DNA of 64,000 nt from an uncultured Eubacteriales bacterium (GCA_964638835.1 CAZWZB010000004.1:65407-129406), one strand, 5' to 3'; positions 1 to 10,585 are shown, counted from the first letter of the stretch. The notes: a model not told the origin generated them from the letters alone. Program-made: numbers and translations.

Positions 1-54
1 TACTATAACTGCTTCTGTATTGGTTAAATCTTGTGAACATTTAATTGTAAACAT
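1..54 (-). CDS. 5' end of a gene running off the window (MFTIKCSQDLTNTEAVIV...)
   Basis: ATG at 54 preceded by GAAAGGA RBS on the minus strand; frame open to the window edge; function not assignable. Confidence 0.55.
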   Translation of the reverse strand, partial: MFTIKCSQDLTNTEAVIV

Positions 55-173
55 TTTTTAATTCCTTTCAAATTATTTTATAGCATTATAAAATTTTTTT
101 ATAAATTACTATTTATTATATAATTGGTTTTAACTTAGATAAGCATCAGATACAAACCAATAACGAAGCTTCT

Positions 174-980
174 TTACTCTCTCTTTCCCATTACAAAAGC
201 AATACCAAAACCAATTACAAATGTAATAATAGATATTAAACTACCCATTGAAATAGATATACCCGGAAATATAGCATATATAGAACCTAATATTAAACCA
301 AGTATAATAAAGTACGCTGTTTGTGGATATCTTTTAAATAATATATCTATTACTTTAGTCATTACTAAAAGTCCACAACCTACACCAACCCCCACAACAA
401 ATAGTATTTTTATATTAAAATCTGCTATTGCAGAAATAATACTATCATATAAACCTAACAGTAAAAGTATAAAAGAGCCACTAACGCCCGGAAGTATCAT
501 TGCAGCAGCAGCAATAAATCCAGCAAAAAATAATTTAAAAATATTATTAGCAGATATTGTAGTTATGATTTCTCCATTTGATTGTGGCTCACCTAAAAAA
601 GCCATTAAAAAAGTCAAAATGAAAGCTAGAATACACCATAAAATATTTAATTTATTAACTCTTTTTTCAGTTGCTTTTTTATACATTAAAGGAATAGTTC
701 CAACTATCAATCCAATAAAAAAGAAATTTGTTTGTTGATTATATTTATCTAAACAAAATCTTATGATATTTGCAAATAATAAAATACCAATTCCTGCTCC
801 GATTACAATTGTAGCTAAAAAAATTATATTTTCTTTTAAGTTTTTAAAAAAGTTAGTAATAGAAGAAATAAGCTTATCATATATTCCCAAAACTACTGCC
901 ATTGTACCACCACTAACACCCGGAATTATATTAGCTACTCCAATTACAATACCAATTATAAAGTTTTTAACAATATGCAT
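174..980 (-). CDS. DUF368 family membrane protein (putative undecaprenyl-phosphate translocase)
   Basis: Two PGVSG motifs (ANIIPGVSGGT, MILPGVSGSF); multiple TM helices. Confidence 0.9.
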   Translation of the reverse strand: MHIVKNFIIGIVIGVANIIPGVSGGTMAVVLGIYDKLISSITNFFKNLKENIIFLATIVIGAGIGILLFANIIRFCLDKYNQQTNFFFIGLIVGTIPLMYKKATEKRVNKLNILWCILAFILTFLMAFLGEPQSNGEIITTISANNIFKLFFAGFIAAAAMILPGVSGSFILLLLGLYDSIISAIADFNIKILFVVGVGVGCGLLVMTKVIDILFKRYPQTAYFIILGLILGSIYAIFPGISISMGSLISIITFVIGFGIAFVMGKRE

Positions 981-1176
981 TTAACCAACTCTTTCTATAT
1001 TTTTTGCTATAACTTTGTTAAATATAAATAACACAATAATAAAATATATAATACAACATAATTTTACCATATGTCAATGAATAATATAAATAAACTAAAA
1101 AAAGTTTTTGGCTATTATATTCTATAAATTCATTGATGTAATTATTGTTTAGTGATATAATTTTATAATAAATTAG

Positions 1177-1470
1177 CAATTATTTATTTTTATTTCTAGC
1201 TTCACTAAAAATTTTTCCTACAATAATAATTCAAATGACAAGCAAATTATAAATTATGAAAATAAAAGTAATACATATTTAAATGAAAATATAAACTTAC
1301 CCAATGATAGTTATATTTATTCTTATTGGATAGTAATGCATTATGAACTTTGTAATGGAAATGTTCTTTCAACAAGTGATATATATATAGTTGCTACAGA
1401 AGAAGATATTTATTAAATTTTTATAGTCAATGACCTTGAAAAAATTTCATTAACTATAAATCCTATATAA
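1177..1470 (+). pseudogene. possible decayed ORF remnant
   Basis: Start-less open frame 1177-1413, in-frame TAA at 1414, then the same frame continues to 1470; no recognisable domain. Confidence 0.25.
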
Positions 1471-1491
1471 CTAATTTCTAAAAAACATTAT

Positions 1492-1881
1492 CTAACTATT
1501 AATATTATCAAGTTCGTTTATTAATTCGTCAAAATCCTTTTGTGTGCAGATAAATGGACTCAAATAATTTTGAATTGTACTAATTTTATTTTCATAACTT
1601 AATTTATTCCATTTTTCAAAACACATAATAGCTTCAATAACTCTTTTTTTATAAAATATTTGATTTTCTATTTTTCTCCAATCTGTCCAAATATTTTTTC
1701 CTTTTCTTTCAATATCATATTGTGTTAATAAATCAACTATATCATTACACATTTTAGCTATTATTGGACTTCCAGCTACATTTTCATTATCAGGATTTTT
1801 ATGAAATTTAGCTTCCAATAATGCTTTATGTAAATTTAATAAATCATAATAGTTATTAATACTAAAAACTAAATTATCCAT
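1492..1881 (-). CDS. hypothetical protein (129 aa)
   Basis: ORF with AAGGAGG RBS; no motif recognised. Confidence 0.7.
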   Translation of the reverse strand: MDNLVFSINNYYDLLNLHKALLEAKFHKNPDNENVAGSPIIAKMCNDIVDLLTQYDIERKGKNIWTDWRKIENQIFYKKRVIEAIMCFEKWNKLSYENKISTIQNYLSPFICTQKDFDELINELDNINS

Positions 1882-1942
1882 ATAAAATTGTCCTCCTTAT
1901 TTTAATTAAATTTTTGAAATTTACAAAAGTCCTCCTAAATAA

Positions 1943-3181
1943 TTAGGAAGACTTTTTACCAATATCTATTCTCATCATATCAAATTTATTTACTGGTTTT
2001 ATCACTTTCATTTTTACAATTTGTTGTGGGTGTGGTGCCATATCAACGGAATTACCTTCTTCATCTATAATTTGTTCGATTGTTTGTGTAAAATATCCTC
2101 CATTATAAGACATGAATTCTACTTCATCACCTACTACAAATTTATTTCTTTGTTCTATTGTTGCTATATTTGTTGTTTCATTATAATCTAAAACCATACC
2201 TAAAAATTCATAAGTTCTTAAATAACTATTACTTGTATATATTTGTTCATTTCCTGATGGTTTATCATAGTAGAAACCGGTTGTATACTCTCTATGACTT
2301 GCTTTTGATACTTCTTCTAAATAATAATCTAATTTACTATTATATAAATTTGGGTCTTTTATATAATCGTCTATGGCTTCCCTATATGCTTTTACTACTG
2401 TTCCAACATAAAAAGGAGTTTTCATTCTTCCTTCAAGTTTAAGACTAGAAATACCAGAGTTAATTAAATCAGGAATGTGTGTTATCATACATAAATCTTT
2501 TGAGTTATATATATAAGTTCCCCTTTCATTTTCTACAACAGGCATATATTCATTTGGTCTTTTTTCTTCAACTAAATAATATTTCCATCTGCAAGGATGA
2601 GAGCATTCTCCTTTATTTGCATCACGATTTGTCATATAGTTGCTAAGTAAACAACGTCCTGAATAAGATATACACATAGCCCCATGTACAAAAGCTTCTA
2701 ATTCCATATCTTCTTTTGTATTATCTCTTATTTCTTTTATTTCATTTAATGATAATTCTCTTGCTAAAACAATTCGTTTTACACCTAATGAATACCAAAA
2801 CTGTGCTGATTTATAATTTGTATTATTAGCTTGAGTACTTAAATGTATCTCCATATTTGGGATTGTTTCTTTTGCTATTTGAAATACTCCTGGGTCAGCA
2901 ACTAATATTGCATCAACTTTCATTTTTTCTAATTCAATAAAATATTCACTCATACCCTTAAAGTCTTCATTGTGAGCTATTATATTAGCAGTAACATATA
3001 TTTTAACTCCATGATTGTGTGCAAATGAAATTCCTTCTTTCATATCTGAAATACTAAAGTTTTTAGCTTTTGCACGTAAACTGAAATGTTCTCCTCCAAT
3101 ATAAACAGCATCTGCCCCATATAGTACAGCTATTTTTAATTTTTCTAAATCTCCTGCTGGTGCTAAAAGTTCTGGTTTCAT
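1943..3181 (-). CDS. U32 family peptidase-like tRNA hydroxylation protein (TrhP/YrrO type)
   Basis: KPELLAPAG N-terminus, HGAMCISYSGRC and CSHPCR Fe-S cysteines, SLKLEGRMK; follows trmR; start moved to ATG 3181 after an RBS. Confidence 0.9.
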   Translation of the reverse strand: MKPELLAPAGDLEKLKIAVLYGADAVYIGGEHFSLRAKAKNFSISDMKEGISFAHNHGVKIYVTANIIAHNEDFKGMSEYFIELEKMKVDAILVADPGVFQIAKETIPNMEIHLSTQANNTNYKSAQFWYSLGVKRIVLARELSLNEIKEIRDNTKEDMELEAFVHGAMCISYSGRCLLSNYMTNRDANKGECSHPCRWKYYLVEEKRPNEYMPVVENERGTYIYNSKDLCMITHIPDLINSGISSLKLEGRMKTPFYVGTVVKAYREAIDDYIKDPNLYNSKLDYYLEEVSKASHREYTTGFYYDKPSGNEQIYTSNSYLRTYEFLGMVLDYNETTNIATIEQRNKFVVGDEVEFMSYNGGYFTQTIEQIIDEEGNSVDMAPHPQQIVKMKVIKPVNKFDMMRIDIGKKSS

Positions 3182-3849
3182 ATATTTTCTCCCTTTTCTT
3201 CTGCTATCTTGTAACAAATAGCAACTCCATTTCCTATAGGTATTATACTTGATTCAAATATATCTGAATGGCTTATATTCCATAAAAAATTACGCATACG
3301 TTTATGAATTGTTCTTTGTCTTTTTGGAATATCAAACCTTGATTTAGTTATTAAACCATCTTGTAATACATCATCTGCTATAAGTATACCACCAACTGGT
3401 AATAATCTTATACACTCATTAAAAAAAGCATTGTATTGTCCTTTTGCAGCATCCATAAATATAACATCATAGGTTCCTGTTAATGTTGGTAATATTTCTG
3501 CAGCATCTCCATATAGTATTTTTATTGTGTTTTCTAAGTTCATTCTTTTTATATTTTCAACTGCTTGTTCTTTCATTACATCAAATCGTTCTATAGTGGT
3601 TATAGTACCACCTTTAACTAAATATTGACTCATAAAGCTTGATGAAAACCCTATTGCTGTACCAATTTCTAATATATTAGTTGGTTTTTTTATCTGTAAT
3701 ATAACTCCTAAGAATTTAGCTACTTCTTGTGGGATGATTGGTACTTTTTTTGCTAGTGCATTTGATTGAATTTCTCCTAACACTCCATCACATGGAGGTT
3801 GAATTTCATTTAGAAATATATTTACATCTTCTGACGTAACTCCGCTCAT
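3178..3849 (-). CDS. trmR: SAM-dependent O-methyltransferase (TrmR/YrrM type)
   Basis: LEIGTAIGFS motif I, FMDAAKGQY; conserved adjacency to U32 peptidase. Confidence 0.8.
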   Translation of the reverse strand: MSGVTSEDVNIFLNEIQPPCDGVLGEIQSNALAKKVPIIPQEVAKFLGVILQIKKPTNILEIGTAIGFSSSFMSQYLVKGGTITTIERFDVMKEQAVENIKRMNLENTIKILYGDAAEILPTLTGTYDVIFMDAAKGQYNAFFNECIRLLPVGGILIADDVLQDGLITKSRFDIPKRQRTIHKRMRNFLWNISHSDIFESSIIPIGNGVAICYKIAEEKGENI

Positions 3850-3868
3850 TTTTTTACTCCTATCTATT

Positions 3869-3927
3869 TATACTTAACGAAATTGAAAACTTAGAGTTTG
3901 TATAAAGATTTCAACTTTACTGCTATA
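3869..3927. repeat. family-C miniature inverted-repeat element (TATACTTA..AAAGTTGAAA-type ends)
   Basis: Left tatacttaacgaaattgaaaac, right gatttcaactttactgctata; similar ends at 34425-34505, 35425-35494, 53616, 58303. Confidence 0.5.
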
Positions 3928-3997
3928 GTTATTAACTTGTTAACTATATATTTAATTTATTATACTATACTATATATTTTTTTAAAAATCAATCTTG

Positions 3998-4023
3998 GTT
4001 CGCACTTAAAATTAAGTGCGAAC
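3998..4023. repeat. family-A palindrome copy 1
   Basis: GTTCGCACTTAA-AA-TTAAGTGCGAAC, preceded by AAAAATCAAT. Confidence 0.9.
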
Positions 4024-4102
4024 TGGTTTTAAATTAAATATAATTTTAATTATTAAATAATAATTAAAATTATATTAGTGTTAACAAAATAATTAAATTA
4101 AC

Positions 4103-4150
4103 AATCAAAGTCGTGTCGCACTCATAAATGAGTGCGACACGACTTTGATT
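4103..4150. repeat. family-A palindrome copy 2 (23-bp perfect arms)
   Basis: AATCAAAGTCGTGTCGCACTCAT-AA-ATGAGTGCGACACGACTTTGATT. Confidence 0.95.
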
Positions 4151-4183
4151 AAAAAAAAATATTAATTATCAATATTATTACTA

Positions 4184-4711
4184 TTAAGCAATAACAAGTG
4201 AATATATAAATTCTTTTGCTATTTCGGATGTATGTTTGTATTGTCTAACTCCATTATCACTTTCTAATACCAATCCAATCTTTTTCATAACATTATAAGA
4301 ATTAGTGTTTCTAAAATCACAACATGCCATTAACTTGGAAATTTTTAATTCATTAATTGCAAAATTTTTTACTGCTAATGCAGCTTCTGTCGCATAACCT
4401 TTTCTCCAGTAATTTTTATTAAGTATCCAACCAAGCTCTCCTTCTGTTCGTTGTTCATTTAAAGATATTGAAATTCCTCCTATTTGTTTATCATCAAGTA
4501 TAATTGCAAATTCATAAAAATCCGGTTGATTTTTTTCCCACTCATTATGAACATTAGTTAAAAACTGTTTGGTTTCCTCTATTGTTTTATTAGGTAAACA
4601 TAACATATATTTTGTATTATCAATATCTGATGCATATATGTGAACAGTATCTAAATCTTCTAAACTTAATGGTCTTAAAAGTAATCTGTCAGTTTTTAAT
4701 TCTAAATACAT
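4184..4711 (-). CDS. GNAT acetyltransferase, RimJ/RimL family
   Basis: LKTDRLLLRP N-terminus, ELGWIL..YWRKGYATEA, N..S..VMKKIG. Confidence 0.9.
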   Translation of the reverse strand: MYLELKTDRLLLRPLSLEDLDTVHIYASDIDNTKYMLCLPNKTIEETKQFLTNVHNEWEKNQPDFYEFAIILDDKQIGGISISLNEQRTEGELGWILNKNYWRKGYATEAALAVKNFAINELKISKLMACCDFRNTNSYNVMKKIGLVLESDNGVRQYKHTSEIAKEFIYSLVIA

Positions 4712-4845
4712 AAATTTACTCCTTTTATTTATATAAATATATTTTAGTGATAAAATTCAATTATTTTATTATAGCAGAAGTATATAACTTTTGAATGATT
4801 TAGTTGTTAAGTTATATAACTTTCTAATATAAAACTTTAAAACAA

Positions 4846-4877
4846 AAAAATATCTTATCAATAATAAGATATTTTTT
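4846..4877 (-). terminator. AT-rich hairpin after rnfB, possible terminator
   Basis: aaaaaatatcttat...ataagatatttttt. Confidence 0.45.
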
Positions 4878-4898
4878 AATTATTATTAAGTTATTGTA

Positions 4899-5699
4899 TT
4901 ATTCACTTATAATTATTGTCTTTTGGCTGCAAACAGAAATACAATCTTTACAATTAGTACATTTTGTATAATCTATTTTGGCAATATTATCTACAACATG
5001 TATTGCATCACTTTTACAAGTTTTTTCACATCGTTTACAACCTATACAACCCACATTACAATTATCTTTTGTATCTTTACCTTTATCTTTTGAATTACAT
5101 TGTACTCTTATATTACTATGTATTGGAACAAGTTCTATTAAATTTTTAGGGCATATATTAACACAAGTACTACAAGCAGTACATTTATCTTTATCTACAA
5201 CTGCTATACCATTAACTATTGATAAAGCATCAAATTTACATACTCTAACACAAGTACCTAATCCAACACAACCATATGTACAAAGTTTATCACTGCTACC
5301 AGCTGTTTGTGAAATAGCACGACAATCTTGCAAACCTGAATATTCATATTTTAATTTTGCATTCTCACAAGTACCATTACACTTTATATATGAAGTTTTC
5401 TTTTCAATTTCTTCTGCTACAACTCCCAAAATATCAGCTATTTTTTTAGCAACAGAAGAGCCACCAACAGGGCATGAATTAGCTTTTTCTTTTCCTTGTG
5501 CAATTGCAGAAGCTAAACCACCACAACCGGGATAACCACAACCACCACAGTTTGCACCAGGTAATACTTCATTTATTTTTGACTCTGTTTCATCTATTTC
5601 AACTGCAAATTTTTTAGAAGCAACACCTAAACCTATACCTAATGTAAGTCCTAAAGCTCCTATACTTACAACGGGAGTTACAATATTCATTAAATCCAT
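4899..5699 (-). CDS. rnfB: Rnf electron transport complex subunit B
   Basis: LPGANCGGCGYPGC, multiple CxxCxxCxxxC ferredoxin motifs, N-terminal TM helix. Confidence 0.95.
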   Translation of the reverse strand: MDLMNIVTPVVSIGALGLTLGIGLGVASKKFAVEIDETESKINEVLPGANCGGCGYPGCGGLASAIAQGKEKANSCPVGGSSVAKKIADILGVVAEEIEKKTSYIKCNGTCENAKLKYEYSGLQDCRAISQTAGSSDKLCTYGCVGLGTCVRVCKFDALSIVNGIAVVDKDKCTACSTCVNICPKNLIELVPIHSNIRVQCNSKDKGKDTKDNCNVGCIGCKRCEKTCKSDAIHVVDNIAKIDYTKCTNCKDCISVCSQKTIIISE

Positions 5700-5709
5700 T
5701 TTATCCCTC

Positions 5710-6285
5710 CTAACTTAATAAGCCTTGAAAACCTAAAAATGCTATCGACATAATTCCAGCTGTAATAAGTGCTATAGGAAAACCTTTAAATTTTTCTGGT
5801 ATATCATTTTTTTCTATTCTTTCACGTATTCCAGCAAATAAAACTATAGCAAGTGTAAATCCAATAGCAGCAGAAAATCCATTTACAACAGATTCTATAA
5901 AGTTAAAATCTTTATTCATATTTGCAACTGCTGCTCCAAGCACAGCACAATTTGTTGTTATTAATGGAAGAAATACTCCAAGTGCTTGATATAGCGTTGG
6001 ACTACTCTTTCTTAAAAACATTTCAACTAATTGAACTAAAGTTGCTATAACAAGTATGAATGCTATTGTATATAAATAAGTTATATTAAGTGGAACTAAT
6101 ATAAAATTATAAACCATATATGCAACTGCTGATGCTAATGTCATTACAAATGTAACTGCTAAACCCATTCCTAATGCGGTTTCAACTTTTTTAGACACTC
6201 CTAAAAATGGACATATACCTAAAAATTGCGATAATACAAAATTGTTTACTAAGATTGAACCTAAAATTATAATAAATATATTCAA
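5710..6285 (-). CDS. rnfA: Rnf subunit A
   Basis: [30 protein letters not shown]. Confidence 0.95.
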   Translation of the reverse strand: MNIFIIILGSILVNNFVLSQFLGICPFLGVSKKVETALGMGLAVTFVMTLASAVAYMVYNFILVPLNITYLYTIAFILVIATLVQLVEMFLRKSSPTLYQALGVFLPLITTNCAVLGAAVANMNKDFNFIESVVNGFSAAIGFTLAIVLFAGIRERIEKNDIPEKFKGFPIALITAGIMSIAFLGFQGLLS

Positions 6286-6309
6286 GTAATCATCTCCTTG
6301 TTTAAGATT

Positions 6310-6900
6310 TTATATTTGTTTTTTTCTTAGAGAATTAAAACCTGCTATTAAAAATGCCAATGTAAAAAATGCACCCGGAGGCATAATCATAATAAGCATT
6401 GGTTGGTAAGAAGATAATAATTGATAATCAAATATAGTTCCTGCTCCTAATATTTCACGAACAACTCCAATACAAGTTAGTGCAATTGTAAAACCAATTC
6501 CCATACCAAGCCCATCAAATATTGATGAAATCACTCCATTTTTTGATGCAAATGCTTCTGCTCTTGCAAGTATTATACAATTAACAACTATAAGAGGTAT
6601 AAATAATCCAAGGGAATCATTTAAGTCTGGCAAATATGCTTGTAATAAAAATTGAATTAAAGTAACAAAACTTGCTATAACAACAATAAATGCTGGTATT
6701 CTTACTTTGCTAGGTATAAATTTTCTAAGCAATGAAATAACTAAATTAGAACCTATAAGCACTGCTGTAGTGGCTAATCCCATTCCAATTCCGTTTTTAG
6801 CAGATGTAGTAACACCTAATGCAGGACACATTCCTATTACTTGAACAAATACAGGATTTTCATTTATTAAACCGTTTTTAAGTGTTTTTCCAATATTCAT
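6310..6900 (-). CDS. rnfE: Rnf subunit E
   Basis: ENPVFVQVIGMCPALGVT, FIPLIVVNCIILARAE, PPGAF. Confidence 0.95.
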   Translation of the reverse strand: MNIGKTLKNGLINENPVFVQVIGMCPALGVTTSAKNGIGMGLATTAVLIGSNLVISLLRKFIPSKVRIPAFIVVIASFVTLIQFLLQAYLPDLNDSLGLFIPLIVVNCIILARAEAFASKNGVISSIFDGLGMGIGFTIALTCIGVVREILGAGTIFDYQLLSSYQPMLIMIMPPGAFFTLAFLIAGFNSLRKKQI

Positions 6901-7445
6901 TAATTTACACCTCCCAAATTATTATTAAAATACATTATTACTTCATTAACTGCATTTGTAACAGCATTAGAAGTTATTGTTGATGCTGTTATAGCTGCAA
7001 CTTCTCCATTACTAGGAGTTTTATCTTTTACAACTATAATAAGATTATTAGCTTTTTGTCCCTTGTATTGGTCTATAAATTCTGCATCTTTAGCTTTTGC
7101 TCCAAGTCCCGGAGTTTCAGAATGAGAAAGAACACTAACTCCCTGAATAATACCATCAAATGATATGCCAACCATAAGGTCTATTTTCCCACCAAAACCA
7201 TTTAAAGATACACTTATAACATATCCATTGTCACTTTTAGCAATTGCAGATATATTACCATCTGTTACTTCATTTATTTCAAAATCAGTAGCATCAGGTA
7301 AAACAGTCTTCATTGTATTGGATTTTGCTATTATTTGTTGTTGTTCAATAATAGGCTTTGTTATTTCATTTACCATACTAAGCGAAAGGACTGAAATACT
7401 ACAAATAATAAATAATTTAAATCCCGGCATTATTATATCCATCAT
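6900..7445 (-). CDS. rnfG: Rnf subunit G (FMN-binding)
   Basis: N-terminal TM, GFGG, HSETPGLGA, AITASTITS (variant flavinylation motif). Confidence 0.9.
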   Translation of the reverse strand: MMDIIMPGFKLFIICSISVLSLSMVNEITKPIIEQQQIIAKSNTMKTVLPDATDFEINEVTDGNISAIAKSDNGYVISVSLNGFGGKIDLMVGISFDGIIQGVSVLSHSETPGLGAKAKDAEFIDQYKGQKANNLIIVVKDKTPSNGEVAAITASTITSNAVTNAVNEVIMYFNNNLGGVN

Positions 7446-7479
7446 TTTTATCCTCCTATTTATATAAATTTTTATTTAT

Positions 7480-7508
7480 ATTATACAATGTACCCCTATA
7501 TATTTCAA
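7480..7508 (-). promoter_or_regulatory. sigma-A promoter of rnfGEAB
   Basis: Minus strand TTGAAA-N17-TATAAT, about 35 bp upstream of the rnfG start. Confidence 0.65.
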
Positions 7509-7617
7509 TATATTTTTGTTAAATTACAATAAATAAAAGTTTAACATTCTTACATTTTTAAATTTAAGATTAAAGTTTCTTTAGATGATTTTATTAATAT
7601 AAAATAGATTTAAAATC

Positions 7618-7657
7618 AAAGTTGTGTCGCACTCATTAATGAGTGCGACACAACTTT
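7618..7657. repeat. family-A palindrome copy 3 (perfect 40-bp palindrome) followed by an AT-rich hairpin at about 7669-7702
   Basis: AAAGTTGTGTCGCACTCATTAATGAGTGCGACACAACTTT. Confidence 0.95.
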
Positions 7658-7827
7658 AAATAAAAAAAATAGTAAGAAAAATATTTTATTATTTCTTACT
7701 ATTCATAATAAAGAATGAATTATTAGTGTAATTAATCTGTACTTTTTATATTATCAACTATAATTAATAATTATTATTTCTGTTATAGCTGATACTATAT
7801 CAAAAGTTTAATTTAACTAGAACTAGC

Positions 7828-10353
7828 TTAATTCTCTACAGTATAAGTTAAAGGTATCCACTGTGCATAAAGAGTTGTATCTTCTGTTACAGTTATACTT
7901 TCTTTATCTAAATAAGAAGTACCCAAACCATCAGCTTGCGTATTCCAACCACAAAATTCATAACCTGTTTTTGTAAATGCATTTTCTATTATAGCTTGTG
8001 GAACACTATCAATAAAAGTTTGTTCTAACATAGAACCCATTCCATTATTCGCATTAAATATTATTTTTGTCATAGCTATAAGTTGAAAATTACTAGGGAA
8101 AGAATAACTCTTAATAAAAGAAGCATTACTACCACTTTTTAAATAGTAAATAGGTACAAATTTAGATTTTGGCTTACTAAATACATTATCTCCAATAGAA
8201 GTAACACTTGTTTCAATAGTTATACTTGTTAGTGAATTACATCCATAAAACGCAGCCTCCCCAATAGAAGCAACAGTATCAGGTATAGTTATACTTGTTA
8301 ATGAACTACATTCAAAAAACGCTCTCTCCCCAATAGAAGTAACAGTATCAGTATCAGGTAGAGTTATACTTGTTAGTGAACTACATTTAAAAAACACCCT
8401 ATCACCAATAGAAGTAATATTATCAGATAGAGTTATACTTGTTAGTAAATCGCATCCATAAAATGCCTCATCCCCAATAGAAGTAATATTATTAGGTAAA
8501 GATATACTTGTTAGTGAACTACATCCATAAAATGCCATTCCCTCGATATAAGTAATAGTATCAGGTAGAGTTATACTTTTTAGTTTAGTACAACTAGAAA
8601 ACGTCGCCTCACTAATAAAAGTAACACCATTAGGTAGAGTTATACTTGTTAATGAACTACATTCATAGAACGCCCTATCACCAATATAAGTAACATTATC
8701 AGGTATAATTATATTTGTTAGTAAGCTACATTTTAAAAACGCCCCATAATCAATAGAAGTAACATTATCAGATAGATTTATACTTGTTAGTGAACTACAT
8801 TCATTAAACGTACTAGCACCAATAGAAGTAACAGTATCAGGTATAGTTATACTTATTAGTGAACTACATCCAGAAAATGCCCCACCACCAATAGAAGTAA
8901 TAGTATTAGGTAGAGTTATACTTGTTAGTGAACTACATCCAGAAAACGCCTCAACACCAATAGAAGTAATAGTATCAGGTATAGTTATATTTGTTAGTGA
9001 ACTACATAGATAAAATGCACCCTCTCCAATAGAAGTAATAGTATCAGGTAGAGTTATACTTGTTAGTGAACTACATTTAAAAAACACTCTATCACAAATA
9101 GAAGTAACACTATCAGGTATAGTTATACTTGTTAGCGAGCTACATCCAGAAAACGCCCCCTCACCAATAGAAGTAACATTATCAGGTATAATTATACTTG
9201 TTAGCAAGCTACATCCAGAAAACGCCCCCTCACCAATAGAAGTAATAGTATCAGGTATAGTTATACTTGTTAGTGAACTACATCCAGAAAACATCCTATC
9301 ACCAATAGAAGTAATAGTATCAGGTATAGTTATATTTGTTAGTGAACTACATTCATTAAACGCCTCAACACCAATAGAAGTAATAGTATCAGGTAGAGTT
9401 ATACTTGTTAGTGAACTACATCCAGAAAACACTGCATCACCAATAAAAGTAACATTATCAGGTATAATTATATTTGTTAATGAACTACAACCATAAAACG
9501 CCCCCTCACCAATAGAAGTAACAGTATCAGGTATAATTATATTTGTTAGTGAGCTACATTCAAAAAACACCACATTACCAATAGAAGTAACAGTACAAGG
9601 TAGAGTTATACTTGTCAATGAACTGCATCCAGAAAATGCCCCCTCACCAATAAAAGTAACACTATCAGGTAGAGATATATTTGTTAGTGAACTACATCCA
9701 GAAAATGCCCTCTCACCAATAGAAGTAACCATATCAGGTATAGTTATACTTGTTAGTGAACTACATTTAAAAAATGCCCCCTCACCAATAAAAGTAACAC
9801 TATCAGGTAGAGATATATTTGTTAGTGAACTACATCCAGAAAATGCCCTCTCACCAATAGAAGTAACAGTATCAGGTAGAGTTATACTTGTTAGTGAACT
9901 ACATTTAAAAAATGCCCTATCACCAATAGAAGTAACATTATCAGGTATAATTATATTTGTTAGTAAGCCACATTCAGAAAACGCATTATCCCCAATAGAA
10001 GTAATAGTATTAGGTAGAGTTATACTTGTTAGTGAGCTACATTCATAAAACGCCACATTACCAATAGAAGTAATAGTATCAGGTAGAGTTATACTTGTTA
10101 GTGAACTACATTCATAAAACGCATTATCACTAATAGAACTAACAGTATAATTATCGATTTTCTTTGGTATGGTTATATCTCCTGTTACGGTTTGACTACG
10201 AATAATTTCCACCATCTTAGGATTTTTACTTGTGACCTTATAGTTAATACCATTATCTATAAAAGTATGACCTATTCCTGCAAATTTAGTTATCAATCCT
10301 ATTTGCAAAATAAAGATAAACGCCAATCCTAATACCAATATAAATTTTTTCAT
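7828..10353 (-). CDS. BspA-type (LRR_5) leucine-rich repeat surface protein with a C-terminal InlB B-repeat
   Basis: Hydrophobic N-terminus, about 28 repeats IGxxAFxxCSSLTSITIPDTVTS, C-terminal FNANNG..FTKTGYEFCGWNT..TLYAQW. Confidence 0.92.
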   Translation of the reverse strand: MKKFILVLGLAFIFILQIGLITKFAGIGHTFIDNGINYKVTSKNPKMVEIIRSQTVTGDITIPKKIDNYTVSSISDNAFYECSSLTSITLPDTITSIGNVAFYECSSLTSITLPNTITSIGDNAFSECGLLTNIIIPDNVTSIGDRAFFKCSSLTSITLPDTVTSIGERAFSGCSSLTNISLPDSVTFIGEGAFFKCSSLTSITIPDMVTSIGERAFSGCSSLTNISLPDSVTFIGEGAFSGCSSLTSITLPCTVTSIGNVVFFECSSLTNIIIPDTVTSIGEGAFYGCSSLTNIIIPDNVTFIGDAVFSGCSSLTSITLPDTITSIGVEAFNECSSLTNITIPDTITSIGDRMFSGCSSLTSITIPDTITSIGEGAFSGCSLLTSIIIPDNVTSIGEGAFSGCSSLTSITIPDSVTSICDRVFFKCSSLTSITLPDTITSIGEGAFYLCSSLTNITIPDTITSIGVEAFSGCSSLTSITLPNTITSIGGGAFSGCSSLISITIPDTVTSIGASTFNECSSLTSINLSDNVTSIDYGAFLKCSLLTNIIIPDNVTYIGDRAFYECSSLTSITLPNGVTFISEATFSSCTKLKSITLPDTITYIEGMAFYGCSSLTSISLPNNITSIGDEAFYGCDLLTSITLSDNITSIGDRVFFKCSSLTSITLPDTDTVTSIGERAFFECSSLTSITIPDTVASIGEAAFYGCNSLTSITIETSVTSIGDNVFSKPKSKFVPIYYLKSGSNASFIKSYSFPSNFQLIAMTKIIFNANNGMGSMLEQTFIDSVPQAIIENAFTKTGYEFCGWNTQADGLGTSYLDKESITVTEDTTLYAQWIPLTYTVEN
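8196..10134 (-). repeat. 69-bp intragenic tandem repeat array (about 28 units)
   Basis: Recurring ccaatagaagtaa...tcaggta...ttatacttgttagtgaactaca with 69-bp period. Confidence 0.95.
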
Positions 10354-10585
10354 TTTTCACTTTCCTCCTCGTTTATAAATTTTATTATGTAATTGAAGGA
10401 TAAATAAAATAAAAGAATCTATTTTTAATTAGTTATTTAAGTTGCAAGCAAAAAACCATATTCTTTACTTGTACTTATTAAACTTTAAAAACATTCTAAT
10501 AAAGTTTGTATTTTCACATATACTCAATCTATTTTTTTTAACTATAACCCTTCAACTTTATTATAATAAATAAAAATAAAAAATC

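Noticed and set aside
3998-4150. Two nearby palindromes as a mini-CRISPR array
   Set aside because: The repeats differ, there are only two about 80 bp apart, other copies are dispersed over kilobases, and no cas genes are present.
8196-10134. 69-bp repeat array as a CRISPR array or DGR template/variable region
   Set aside because: It is fully in frame inside an LRR gene, variation is not adenine-specific, and no reverse transcriptase is present in the window.
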